Under the pieces are notes generated by a model. It was given only the letters and a program-made list of their open reading frames with translations, ran no database searches and was not told where the DNA came from. From the IMG/VR virus record IMGVR_UViG_3300009159_000050, positions 1 through 64,000 of that record: a DNA stretch of 64,000 nucleotides. One strand, 5' to 3'. Shown here piece by piece: positions 1 through 8,337 of the stretch (positions are counted from its first letter, which is position 1; every line of letters begins with the position of its first letter). The translations under genes were made by a program, and so were the position numbers. Source of the DNA: a virus.

Positions 1-968
1 ATTTCTGTTGAGTTAATTGTAGTTGTTGTACCATTAACTGTTAGGTCCCCTGAAAGAACCAAAGATGTACCAGTTGCAGCACCAATGTTTGGTGTTACAA
101 GTGTTGGTGTGTTAGCAAAAACAAGTGCTCCAGTACCAGTCTCATCAGAGATGATTCCAGCAAGTTCTGAAGAAGATGTTGATGCAAGTACGTTTAGCTT
201 ATCTGTTGTTACAACAAGAGTCTTTGATGATGGAATTGTTGTTCCATTAACAGATGTAGCAGTTGCTACACCAAGTGCTGGTGTTGTAAGTGTTGGGCTT
301 GTAAGTGTCTTATTTGTAAGTGTCTGTGTGTTTGTTGTTCCAACTACTGCACCCGTTGCGCCGTGTGCTTCTGTAAGGTTGCCGTGAGTTGTAAGATTGC
401 CTGCAACTGTTGATGCTGAACCATATGCATCATATGTGTTTGCTGTTACAGAAACTGCACCTGTTGTATCGTTGTATGAAAGACCAGTTCCGACATTGTT
501 ACCAATAGCGTCCTGTGCTCTTTCATCTGTAAAGTAAAGGTTTGTGCCTTCTTCAATATCACTTGTTGTAAGTGCATTTGCTGCGCTAGTAATGTCTGAA
601 GTAAGTGCTACTGTACCAGTTGCATCTGGAAGTGTGATTGTACGGTCTGCTGTTGGGTCTGTTACTGCAAGAGTTGTTTCAAAGTTATTTGCTGTAGAGC
701 CTTCAAACTCAATGCTTGAACCAAATACTCCAACTGCTGCTGGTGCTGACCACTCTACGCCGTATGTTGCACCTGAGTTTGCTGTAAGTACTTGACCATT
801 TGTGCCAACACCTAAACGAGCTACTGCATCATCTGCACTACCTACAATCAAATCACCTTTAGCGTCAACGACACCTGCTGTGATAATATTCTTTCCATTA
901 ACAGTCGCGGTTGATCCCTCAACCACCAGTCCTGCTTTTACTCTAAAATCTTTTGTTACTGTTGCCAT
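1..968 (-). CDS. tail fiber-like protein (runs off left edge; missing from ORF track)
   Basis: ATG at 968 after AAGGAG; MATVTKDFRVKAGLVVEG...AKGDLIVGSADDAVARLGVGTNGQVLTA...EGTNLYFTDERAQDA...TQTLTNKTLTSP, motifs typical of phage tail fibers. Confidence 0.75.
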   Translation of the reverse strand, partial: MATVTKDFRVKAGLVVEGSTATVNGKNIITAGVVDAKGDLIVGSADDAVARLGVGTNGQVLTANSGATYGVEWSAPAAVGVFGSSIEFEGSTANNFETTLAVTDPTADRTITLPDATGTVALTSDITSAANALTTSDIEEGTNLYFTDERAQDAIGNNVGTGLSYNDTTGAVSVTANTYDAYGSASTVAGNLTTHGNLTEAHGATGAVVGTTNTQTLTNKTLTSPTLTTPALGVATATSVNGTTIPSSKTLVVTTDKLNVLASTSSSELAGIISDETGTGALVFANTPTLVTPNIGAATGTSLVLSGDLTVNGTTTTINSTE

Positions 969-981
969 TTTATCTCCTTAG

Positions 982-1428
982 TTAGGCCTTTAACCCAATA
1001 CGCAAATAGCGTAGGGTTATTGGTGTTTGCCCACCTACAGGAATTACAGTTAGTGAAACTGTATCCCCTGCTCTAGACACGGAGATGGTGCCAATATTCC
1101 CATCATTGTCTACTGTTCCATACTCACTGACATTTACATCTGTAGCGTCAGGGACTATGGTTAGTTCTGTGGCCCAATACTTATTTGCGCCTCCAGAAGT
1201 CTTTTTAATTGAGATCAGATACTTTACAGATCTCCACTCACTTGCTAAAAAGTTATCAAAAATTGTTGAGTTCTCAATGCCATTGATTGTAGACTCATTG
1301 TTACCATCTGAACCAAGATCTGTTGATCTTGCAGATGTGCTGTCAATCAAATCTACATAATCTGCTTGACTTGGACGGTCTCCAGTTTGAAACAGAGACT
1401 TGATGCTTGCGATTGATAATTTAGCCAT
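982..1428 (-). CDS. virion structural/tail-associated protein
   Basis: FQTGDRPSQADYVDLIDS motif; tail-gene context; leaderless TGATATAAT promoter 6 nt upstream. Confidence 0.55.
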   Translation of the reverse strand: MAKLSIASIKSLFQTGDRPSQADYVDLIDSTSARSTDLGSDGNNESTINGIENSTIFDNFLASEWRSVKYLISIKKTSGGANKYWATELTIVPDATDVNVSEYGTVDNDGNIGTISVSRAGDTVSLTVIPVGGQTPITLRYLRIGLKA

Positions 1429-1449
1429 GATTGAATTATATCATACATT

Positions 1450-1791
1450 TTAGAGTATATAGTTAGAGAAACCAATAACCTGAACGCCAATTCCTGGGGG
1501 ATTAGTTTGACTAACACCCTCAATTCCAATATTAGTTATGGTTAGTCTAAATGGAAGAATATCTGCTGGTGTAACTATTTTTGCATAGCTTACCAATCTA
1601 ATAGAATTAGATTCTGGGGCAAGATCTGATATTGTTATTATTGGAGATAGAGCTGCTGCTGAAACTACAAGCCCTAAAGCAATGTTTGAGGCTAAAGATG
1701 TTCCATTTGTTATATTTCCTGCAGTTATTCTTGGTTTAATGTCAGATATAGTTTTTTTAGTTTGTATATCTGAAATTACTGTTGTTGCCAT
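1450..1791 (-). CDS. hypothetical structural protein
   Basis: ORF co-oriented within the tail module. Confidence 0.45.
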   Translation of the reverse strand: MATTVISDIQTKKTISDIKPRITAGNITNGTSLASNIALGLVVSAAALSPIITISDLAPESNSIRLVSYAKIVTPADILPFRLTITNIGIEGVSQTNPPGIGVQVIGFSNYIL

Positions 1792-1796
1792 AGACT

Positions 1797-2240
1797 TTAT
1801 GCCTGTTCTGTTACTTCACCAAGCATAATCATTTCGCCTTGGCATACCGTCCAAACACGAGCACCATCTTTTAATTGAATATCAAAAACATCTCCAGTTA
1901 ACAATTGTTTTGATTGCGTTGCAGTTAAAGTTACTGTAAACTCTCCAGCATCATCTAGTACGGTTTGATCTGGATAAATTGTAAATAACAAGTCGTCTCC
2001 GTCATTATCTGAGTACCTTCTAAAATCTCCTGAGATAACCCAACCAGATGTATCTCCAGCGGCAGTTGTGTCGTAATCTAAAGGATTTCCTAAATCATCT
2101 TCTACATAAATTCTAAAAGATACTGTATCTCCAATTACAGCCGTCCAGTTGATAAGAGGTGGTTTATTACCAATGTTATATGTTGCTGGAGCAACTACTC
2201 CAGTAATGGGGGTTTCATTTGGGTTTCTATAGGTTGCCAT
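1797..2240 (-). CDS. tail/baseplate adaptor-like beta-sandwich protein
   Basis: WTAVIGDTVSFRIYV...FDIQL...TVCQG pattern; similar to 3823-4242 and 61800-62360. Confidence 0.5.
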   Translation of the reverse strand: MATYRNPNETPITGVVAPATYNIGNKPPLINWTAVIGDTVSFRIYVEDDLGNPLDYDTTAAGDTSGWVISGDFRRYSDNDGDDLLFTIYPDQTVLDDAGEFTVTLTATQSKQLLTGDVFDIQLKDGARVWTVCQGEMIMLGEVTEQA

Positions 2241-2301
2241 TTTTATATTATACCACTTGAAAATAGCAATTATTAACTTTTATAAAAAAATGTTATAAAG
2301 T

Positions 2302-2331
2302 TTGCTTTTCCTGCCAATCCCATGTTATACT
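2302..2331 (+). promoter_or_regulatory. SigA-type promoter for the transglycosylase gene
   Basis: TTGCTT-18-TATACT with extended TG; followed by hairpin TGCTACC-AGCA-GGTAGCA (2339-2356) and GGAGG RBS. Confidence 0.55.
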
Positions 2332-2379
2332 TAGTTAGTGCTACCAGCAGGTAGCATCTTTAGTCTCTAGGAGGTTATT

Positions 2380-2955
2380 TTGATGAGAAGAGATAAAAAG
2401 ATTTGGATTGGAATCCTTGCTTCAATTGGGCTGCTTGCACCACTAACAAATGCAGCCAATGCTTTAAGTACTGAGAATAATCTTAGTAAGCCATTAGTTT
2501 CTGAACCTTCAACCGCCAAAGCGGTTTTTTTGGTTTCTAAGCCTAAAAGTCTTACTAAGGTAAAAAAGAACTTAAATGTTCTACATAAATATCAAGATGC
2601 TGTTAGTCTTACAGATAGGCAACTTAAGGAGCTACTCTATGGGGTTGGCTTTCGTAAAGAAGGGCTAGTTAAAGCTTGGGCAGTTGCTAAAAAAGAGTCA
2701 AACGGAAGACCTTTGGCTTTTAACGGAAATGAAAAAACTGGCGACAACTCTTATGGTATTTTTCAGATAAATATGCTGGGAATGCTTAAAGAAAGTCGCA
2801 AAGATAAGTTTGGCATAAACTTTAATAGTGAGTTGCTAAACCCCGTTATTAATGCACAGGTTGCATACCATATGAGCAATGCTGGTAAAGACTGGTCTGC
2901 TTGGCACGGTATAACTCCAAAAACTAAAAACTGGATGAAGAAGTTTCCGTACTAA
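2380..2955 (+). CDS. secreted lysozyme-like/lytic transglycosylase (Rpf/SLT-like)
   Basis: N-terminal signal peptide; AWAVAKKES (catalytic E), DNSYGIFQINM, WSAW motifs. Confidence 0.75.
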   Translation: MMRRDKKIWIGILASIGLLAPLTNAANALSTENNLSKPLVSEPSTAKAVFLVSKPKSLTKVKKNLNVLHKYQDAVSLTDRQLKELLYGVGFRKEGLVKAWAVAKKESNGRPLAFNGNEKTGDNSYGIFQINMLGMLKESRKDKFGINFNSELLNPVINAQVAYHMSNAGKDWSAWHGITPKTKNWMKKFPY

Positions 2956-2963
2956 TATATAAA

Positions 2964-3002
2964 GGTACCCCCTTGGCTATCTGCCTTGGGGGTATTTTTT
3001 TT
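2964..3002 (+). terminator. intrinsic terminator between convergent genes
   Basis: TACCCCC...GGGGGTA stem followed by T-run. Confidence 0.65.
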
Positions 3003-3735
3003 ATGAAATTGCTATATACATTCCCTTAAGAAGTATGGTGCTTTCGCTATCTGCTCTTGCTTGGATTATTGCACCTTCTGATCTAATTTTTGACAAGTCT
3101 ACATATAAGGTTTGGTTAACAGACATCTCATAAGGATATTTATATTTTAACATTCCAATATATCCCGTTGGAGATTCTACTTTTGGAATATAGGTTCTTA
3201 TCCAAGCCTCAGTGCTATTTGTATCTGTAGTTAATGCTATATCATATCTGATATCTACTCTTGCCCCAACTTTTAATTGCTTAAAGTTAATTCTTTGAGT
3301 AACTGAGTTCCACAAAGATACTGATCCTTCTGGAAGAAATTTTAAAATATTATTATCTAAATCATCGTCCATGAAAATATTAACCCAACCATCATCGCCT
3401 CTATCTGGGCCAAGGAAAATTGCTTTTTTATTTTTGTTTTCATAGTACGCCCAACCAGGATATTGTCCAGATGGGCTATCGTATCCTTGTCCTCCACCTT
3501 TACCAGGATCTCCTTTTGGACCCCTTGGACCTTCTCTTCCCTCTTTGCCTTGGATTCCCCTTTCCCCTTTTTCACCCTGTGGTCCTGGAGGTCCTGCTGG
3601 TCCTACTTCACCCTTTTCGCCCTGAACTCCTGGAACAGCAACGTATTCAGTATTTGGAGAATTTGTGTTTTTGGTTGACTGAATTGCATCTGCATATTTT
3701 GCTTTTGGAGCATCCATATTTTTTGATATAGCCAT
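3001..3735 (-). CDS. collagen-like repeat tail/virion protein
   Basis: Gly-X-Y repeats GVQGEKGEVGPAGPPGPQGEKGERG. Confidence 0.7.
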   Translation of the reverse strand: MAISKNMDAPKAKYADAIQSTKNTNSPNTEYVAVPGVQGEKGEVGPAGPPGPQGEKGERGIQGKEGREGPRGPKGDPGKGGGQGYDSPSGQYPGWAYYENKNKKAIFLGPDRGDDGWVNIFMDDDLDNNILKFLPEGSVSLWNSVTQRINFKQLKVGARVDIRYDIALTTDTNSTEAWIRTYIPKVESPTGYIGMLKYKYPYEMSVNQTLYVDLSKIRSEGAIIQARADSESTILLKGMYIAIS

Positions 3736-3738
3736 CTG

Positions 3739-3822
3739 CTATCTCTTTACTTTAAAAATTGTACCGTTTACCTTTATGATTGGTGGAAGCTGTACATTTG
3801 TATCTTTAATTTTAATTATCAT
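3739..3822 (-). CDS. 27-aa hypothetical peptide
   Basis: MIIKIKDTNVQLPPIIKVNGTIFKVKR fills the gap, abutting both neighbours. Confidence 0.4.
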   Translation of the reverse strand: MIIKIKDTNVQLPPIIKVNGTIFKVKR

Positions 3823-4242
3823 TTAAGATACCCCACCTTCGCCAATACTTACTGCATTTATTGGAGACACATCTCCAAGAACACAAATTGTTCCTATTAC
3901 TGGAGTCCAAGTAAATGTTGAACCTCCGTCTGGAACTTTTGCTTGAAGGTCAAACGACAGCTCTGCAACTACAGATGTATATTTGGTACCCCAGTCTTTT
4001 GTGACTGATCCTGGGGCACTGACTGTAACCACTGAGCCATCAACTTCAACAGTTAATGCATCTAAAAGATTTACTGATGGGTCATATGCGGTGGCGGCAA
4101 ATTTCCATCCAGTAGTATCAAACTCTTCAACTTCGTCATTTTCAAGAAATGAAACGGTAAATGAAGCATAATCTCCACGAACAACAGTCCATTGAATATT
4201 AGCTGGGGTTGCCCCAAATTTTTCTATTGTAGGTGAGCACAT
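3823..4242 (-). CDS. tail/baseplate adaptor-like protein
   Basis: PANIQWTVVRGDYASFTVSF...FDLQA...GTICV; similar to 1797-2240. Confidence 0.5.
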   Translation of the reverse strand: MCSPTIEKFGATPANIQWTVVRGDYASFTVSFLENDEVEEFDTTGWKFAATAYDPSVNLLDALTVEVDGSVVTVSAPGSVTKDWGTKYTSVVAELSFDLQAKVPDGGSTFTWTPVIGTICVLGDVSPINAVSIGEGGVS

Positions 4243-4261
4243 ATCAATGATTATACCATAA

Positions 4262-4322
4262 TAAAAGAATTGGTCCCTAAGCCCTGTTGGGGTGGGGTAT
4301 GCAGAAGCCTAGGAACCAACCC
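4262..4322 (-). ncRNA. candidate small RNA with C-rich loop
   Basis: TGTTATAAT promoter (4329-4337), 13-bp stem with G-U pairs, loop CAUACCCCACCCCAA, U-tract. Confidence 0.4.
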
Positions 4323-4565
4323 ATACAAATTATAACATTCGTTTATAAATAATCCAGGAAATACTAGAATTATAACTTATCGTTATACTTTTAAATCGTT
4401 ATCAAATTGTTACAATACTAAATGTCCGTTTTGTTATGTTATGTGTAATTAGCCAGGGTATTGAGTGGTGTATACTTAAAATATATAAAGAAAAGAAGTA
4501 TGCCTAAACTAGGTTTTTACAAGATAGTTTATATATTTTATATAAAGGAAAATAGGAAAATTAGG

Positions 4566-4853
4566 TTACTTAGAGTTTTTAGCAATATATGCTATAAGAA
4601 TTTCATACATGTGATCTAGCTTGTCATTATATGCTGCTCTTGTTTTGGCAGATCTTTCTTGCTCAAGCTTAATGTACTTAATCTCATCACGCATAGAGGT
4701 GCCACCATTAGTTTTAGTCTCTGCTCTAATGTCTGCTACCGCTTCTGCAATTGGCTTTACTTGAATTTTTATATACCAGCGAATTGAGCTAATTACAATT
4801 GCTCCAATTGAAAGCAATGTAAGAATGAATTGTGCCCAATCAGTATTAGTCAT
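4566..4853 (-). CDS. membrane protein (one TM plus coiled coil)
   Basis: N-terminal hydrophobic helix; NGGTSMRDEI motif common in actinophage lysis-region membrane proteins. Confidence 0.5.
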   Translation of the reverse strand: MTNTDWAQFILTLLSIGAIVISSIRWYIKIQVKPIAEAVADIRAETKTNGGTSMRDEIKYIKLEQERSAKTRAAYNDKLDHMYEILIAYIAKNSK

Positions 4854-4885
4854 AATAAAACTATTATATCATTATTTAATTTATC

Positions 4886-4946
4886 TTTTAAGTTCGGGCG
4901 GGGCACTTAATTCGTCGCCGAAATAGAGAACATACAAACCATCCCT
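4886..4946 (+). repeat. left copy of inverted boundary motif
   Basis: TTCGtCGcCgAAATAGAG...ACAAACCATCCC matches the reverse complement of 20176-20219. Confidence 0.55.
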
Positions 4947-4998
4947 AGACAACATATGGATTGACTCATCCAAGCATGTCTGATACAATGGATTTACT

Positions 4999-5604
4999 AT
5001 GCGTGAACAAATAAAAAACATTCTACTGGACAGCTTACTGGATAAATTAAAAATACATCACTCTGTATATAGACTTCCTTGCACAAGTGAATTTCTAGAA
5101 GAGTTGGTTTCTGATGCCCTAAATGAAAACGGTATGCCAAATGACTGGAAGCCCGATAGAAGCCATAGCGTCAGCATAGACATGACTTTAGACCAGGGAG
5201 AGAGTATATCCGTCAAGTCAGGAAGATATGACCCTGTGAAGCAAACTCTAGTTATTAGCGGTTCCCGCTTGGGCAAACATGAAACACTAGAGAAGATGGT
5301 TGAGAGTGTTGCTTCTACACATGCTGATTATTATGTGTGTTTAGCAAAAGCAGAACAGGATTGGTCTTCTATACCGTCCAAAATTGAGACTAAAACCTAT
5401 TACCTATTTGTATTTGAAGCTTCAAACCTTGATTACTCAATTGAGCATTGGTCTAGAAAAGAATCTAAGCATGGAACTGGATATAAATATATAATGGAGA
5501 TACCAGGTATGTCTGCTACTATACGTCCTACTATGTCTCATCAGTTATGGACAACAGTCTCTTGTGATATCATTGATATACCGTCCAAATTGGAGATTCT
5601 ATGA
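4999..5604 (+). CDS. putative PD-(D/E)XK restriction-like endonuclease
   Basis: E...D(MTL)...SVKSG arrangement, DYYVCLA. Confidence 0.4.
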   Translation: MREQIKNILLDSLLDKLKIHHSVYRLPCTSEFLEELVSDALNENGMPNDWKPDRSHSVSIDMTLDQGESISVKSGRYDPVKQTLVISGSRLGKHETLEKMVESVASTHADYYVCLAKAEQDWSSIPSKIETKTYYLFVFEASNLDYSIEHWSRKESKHGTGYKYIMEIPGMSATIRPTMSHQLWTTVSCDIIDIPSKLEIL

Positions 5605-5798
5605 GCGATGAAGTTCGTCCTTGTGATTTGTTTAATGGATCTCCTAGAAGTCCAGAAGAGCTTGAGGAATACCGTTTGAATATTTGTAGAGGCTGTGAGT
5701 TCTTTCGTAAAGGAAATCAAACTTGCAGGAAGTGTGGGTGTTTTATGAAGCTTAAAACAAAATTAGAAAAAGCAACGTGTCCGATTGGTAAGTGGTGA
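5601..5798 (+). CDS. Cys-rich DUF6171-like protein
   Basis: RLNICRGC...CRKCGCFM...CPIGKW; paralog of 63523-63798. Confidence 0.6.
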   Translation: MSDEVRPCDLFNGSPRSPEELEEYRLNICRGCEFFRKGNQTCRKCGCFMKLKTKLEKATCPIGKW

Positions 5799-5804
5799 TA
5801 TAGT

Positions 5805-6017
5805 ATGTACAACAAAATGAAAGAGGATAAAATGAACGAACAAGAAGCAATTGCATTTATGATGAAGTCTATAAATGAGACAAATCGTTTGCTCTCTGAG
5901 CAGTCTGGAATGTCTCCAGAGCAGATTGATCAGCAAATTGAACAAAGCAGACCTGGCATGGGTTTGATAGTCGCAGCTCTATATGCCAAGATGAAAGAAG
6001 CTAAAATAATTGCCTAA
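5805..6017 (+). CDS. hypothetical protein
   Basis: ORF in operon; GAGG RBS before an internal ATG. Confidence 0.5.
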   Translation: MYNKMKEDKMNEQEAIAFMMKSINETNRLLSEQSGMSPEQIDQQIEQSRPGMGLIVAALYAKMKEAKIIA

Positions 6018-6216
6018 GTATACCTATACCGTGAATAAAGATGCGGTTGAAACTGCCTTTGTGTCAAATACTGGAATGAACATTTATGAACACTTAGGAA
6101 ATGTAGATTTTAGTAAAGCAACATTAACTGTTGATGCAAAGGATGCAGATGAGTCAGAAGCTATTCGTAAGGGTGTTACAGATATCCGCATGTGGAATCT
6201 AAAGTCAGAAGTTTAA
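6010..6216 (+). CDS. hypothetical protein
   Basis: ORF overlapping the previous stop. Confidence 0.45.
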   Translation: MPKYTYTVNKDAVETAFVSNTGMNIYEHLGNVDFSKATLTVDAKDADESEAIRKGVTDIRMWNLKSEV

Positions 6217-6616
6217 ACTTTCTTGTTCCCAGAATTTTTCTCTACCCATATTGTCTGTTTCTATCATAGGGGTTGATTCTGTTTTGCATTGGCAGTTCTC
6301 ACATACCGTTTCTGAAAAAATCTTTGTAGAGAGGTTTGCCCAAGCTGGTTCATTTACCTCAACCCAGTTTTCAAAGTTTTCTAATATACCCATGTTTCTA
6401 TTATACACGAAATCTGAAAATTTTTGTAAAAACCAAAATAGCAAAAATCTGAATATTTTCTAGATGTGTATGATACATATAATAAAAAAATAAATAAAAA
6501 AATAATAGTGAGCACACCATGGGAGTGCCTGCATTGTAACTAGTACCAGTGCCATCTTTGTAATGGTGAGGCATAGCCACCCCCTACCGTATTTGATCAG
6601 TAGGGGAGTGCCATGT

Positions 6617-6793
6617 CTAAAAGGTATCCCCCTGCATGTATCCGTCAATACATAATAGATCGCATGTAATTTTTACACGTTGGTTAGGGTGTAGCGTTGA
6701 TTGAAATACCTCAATGAAATCGTATACCTCTTGCTTAGTCATGAGGTTGATGTTCTTAGTATTGCCAGACATTGTTGTTAGTGTTACTTTCAT
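6617..6793 (-). CDS. 58-aa hypothetical protein, paralog of 9045-9239
   Basis: MKVTLTTMSGNTKNINL...VKITCDLLCIDGYMQG; AAGGA RBS. Confidence 0.6.
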   Translation of the reverse strand: MKVTLTTMSGNTKNINLMTKQEVYDFIEVFQSTLHPNQRVKITCDLLCIDGYMQGDTF

Positions 6794-6922
6794 TTAATTT
6801 CCTTTGTTAGTGCATGAGCATTGGTTAATTGTAATTGTGTTACCCTGACGGATAGCGGTGGCGAGTGTGTCACACTCTATGCAGATGAATATAGAACCTA
6901 ATTCGTCCATGATGTTACCCAT
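6794..6922 (-). CDS. 42-aa Cys-rich peptide
   Basis: MGNIMDELGSIFICIECDTLA...QCSC; GGGAG RBS. Confidence 0.45.
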   Translation of the reverse strand: MGNIMDELGSIFICIECDTLATAIRQGNTITINQCSCTNKGN

Positions 6923-6924
6923 TC

Positions 6925-7107
6925 TTAGATCTCCCTAACGGAAGTCTCTAGGACTATCCAACCATGAGAGACTTTCTCATCAAGGTAATCGTTAATAGAT
7001 TCCTCAGACTGGAATAATCCACCTAGGTTAGTAGATGAGTAATTTCCTTTAGGAAATTCTCCGCTCCATGATAGAACGTATTGTTTAGTAGTAGTTAATG
7101 TAGTCAT
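6925..7107 (-). CDS. hypothetical protein, paralog of 7670-7855
   Basis: near-identical protein and shared RBS context AAGAAAGGTGGTC. Confidence 0.7.
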   Translation of the reverse strand: MTTLTTTKQYVLSWSGEFPKGNYSSTNLGGLFQSEESINDYLDEKVSHGWIVLETSVREI

Positions 7108-7232
7108 TTGATGACCACCTTTCTTTTAATGTGATAGACCTTGTGTCTATCGCTTTTCTTGACCTAGGTTATTTGCCTATCTTATTTGATAGGGCTCACT
7201 AGGATTTGTTATTTAATTTTTTTGATACTGTA

Positions 7233-7261
7233 AGTATAGCACAAAAATGTCAAAAAGTCAA
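7233..7261 (-). promoter_or_regulatory. leftward SigA promoter
   Basis: TTGACT-17-TATACT with extended TG. Confidence 0.7.
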
Positions 7262-7292
7262 GTTTAGACACGGACAAATTGGACATTTTCTG

Positions 7293-7308
7293 TGTGATCT
7301 CCGTCACA
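7293..7308. promoter_or_regulatory. CRP/GlxR site
   Basis: TGTGA-tctccg-TCACA. Confidence 0.7.
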
Positions 7309-7325
7309 TTTTGGCCCGAGCAAAA

Positions 7326-7464
7326 ATGACCAGTCTTGGGCTTACCTGCTTATGACCAGTCTTAGGTTCCCCCGCTCATGACTGGTCTTAGGCTCCCCAG
7401 CTCATGACCAGTCTTGTGCATATGCGCCTATGACCATTCTGGGTGCATGCGCTCATGACCAGTC
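7326..7464. repeat. six-copy ATGACCAGTC array, 26-bp period
   Basis: copies at 7326, 7352, 7378 (ATGACTGGTC), 7404, 7430 (ATGACCATTC), 7455. Confidence 0.85.
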
Positions 7465-7487
7465 AAAATACCTCGGGCCCCAAAAAG

Positions 7488-7551
7488 TTATCCACATGAT
7501 GTAGATCACATCTTAAATCACGCTCAAGTTATCCACATGACCTACATCACA
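7488..7551 (+). promoter_or_regulatory. two DnaA boxes each fused to a CRP-like site
   Basis: TTATCCACA at 7488 and 7529, each running into CATGA-N6-TCACA. Confidence 0.6.
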
Positions 7552-7591
7552 TTTCAAAATGTCCGTTTTGTCATAGTTACTGGCTAGTAGA

Positions 7592-7613
7592 TGTCAGACC
7601 CCTCTGCTATAAT
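7592..7613 (+). promoter_or_regulatory. RecA-NDp/PafBC-type promoter
   Basis: TGTCAG-N10-TATAAT. Confidence 0.7.
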
Positions 7614-7669
7614 ACTTACATACCAAAAAACAAGAGGTAAAGAAATCCTCTAAAGAAAGGTGGTCTCAA

Positions 7670-7855
7670 ATGACTACACTAGTTACTACTAAACAATTCG
7701 TTCTATCATGGACGGGTCTCCATAACCTTAGCGGTTATACATCTTCTAACTTAGGTGGGTTGTTCTCAGATGAACAATCTATAAATGAATACCTTGATCA
7801 AAAGGTAAGCGAAGGATGGACAATCATCCTTGTATCCGTAAAGGAGATAAACTAA
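7670..7855 (+). CDS. hypothetical protein, paralog of 6925-7107
   Basis: MTTLVTTKQFVLSW...NLGGLF...INEYLDQKVSEGW. Confidence 0.7.
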   Translation: MTTLVTTKQFVLSWTGLHNLSGYTSSNLGGLFSDEQSINEYLDQKVSEGWTIILVSVKEIN

Positions 7856-8019
7856 TGAATGCTATTTATACACTTAAATCTATCTGCGGAAAGAATACTT
7901 TCTATGTAGATCCATATGATGTAAATTTTAATCCTAATGGTGCTACTTGTTGCGATAATTGCAAATCTATTTTAATCTGCCGTCAGGCATGGGACTTTCT
8001 CTATAAGGGGGTAAAGTAA
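7855..8019 (+). CDS. Cys-rich hypothetical protein
   Basis: TAATG overlap, AAGGAG RBS, CCDNC. Confidence 0.55.
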   Translation: MNAIYTLKSICGKNTFYVDPYDVNFNPNGATCCDNCKSILICRQAWDFLYKGVK

Positions 8020-8192
8020 TGAGCATTGAACTACAAGATACACTTTCTATCTGCCGTCAAATTCGTAACAATGATCGTGATAGTGGAACACACTATCTGC
8101 TAGGTTATCTATGGGCTAACACTTCAGATAAAGAAAAAGAAAGAATCTATAAACTTTTCAAAAAAGATTTTGACGAAATGGAGAATAAATAA
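8019..8192 (+). CDS. 57-aa hypothetical protein
   Basis: TAATG overlap; MSIELQDTLSIC...YLLGYLWA. Confidence 0.5.
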   Translation: MSIELQDTLSICRQIRNNDRDSGTHYLLGYLWANTSDKEKERIYKLFKKDFDEMENK

Positions 8193-8193
8193 A

Positions 8194-8295
8194 ATGGAAA
8201 AAGATATTTTCGGATTTGATAAAGCAATTAACCTTGATCATCTTAATGATGAGCAAATAAAAACTTTAGAAGAAATATTTAAAGACTACAAATAA
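8194..8295 (+). CDS. 33-aa peptide, paralog of 11792-11887
   Basis: MEKDIFGFDKAINLDHL vs MEKDLFGFEKAIQLNHL. Confidence 0.6.
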   Translation: MEKDIFGFDKAINLDHLNDEQIKTLEEIFKDYK

Positions 8296-8337
8296 ATAAA
8301 AACAAAATTTCGCAGAAATAAAAAGCTGCGTTTTTTT

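Noticed and set aside
85-1360. Plus-strand ORFs 85-387, 544-795 and 1085-1360
   Set aside because: Antisense shadows of the minus-strand tail genes.
7326-7464. CRISPR-like mini array
   Set aside because: Repeats are 10-12 bp with ~15-bp partly similar spacers, far shorter than CRISPR repeats and spacers, and there is no cas operon.
8307-8337. Sixth pseudoknot copy (ATTT-CGCAG-AAAT...CTGCG)
   Set aside because: It lacks the conserved CTGAG loop and is more simply an intrinsic terminator with a U-tract.
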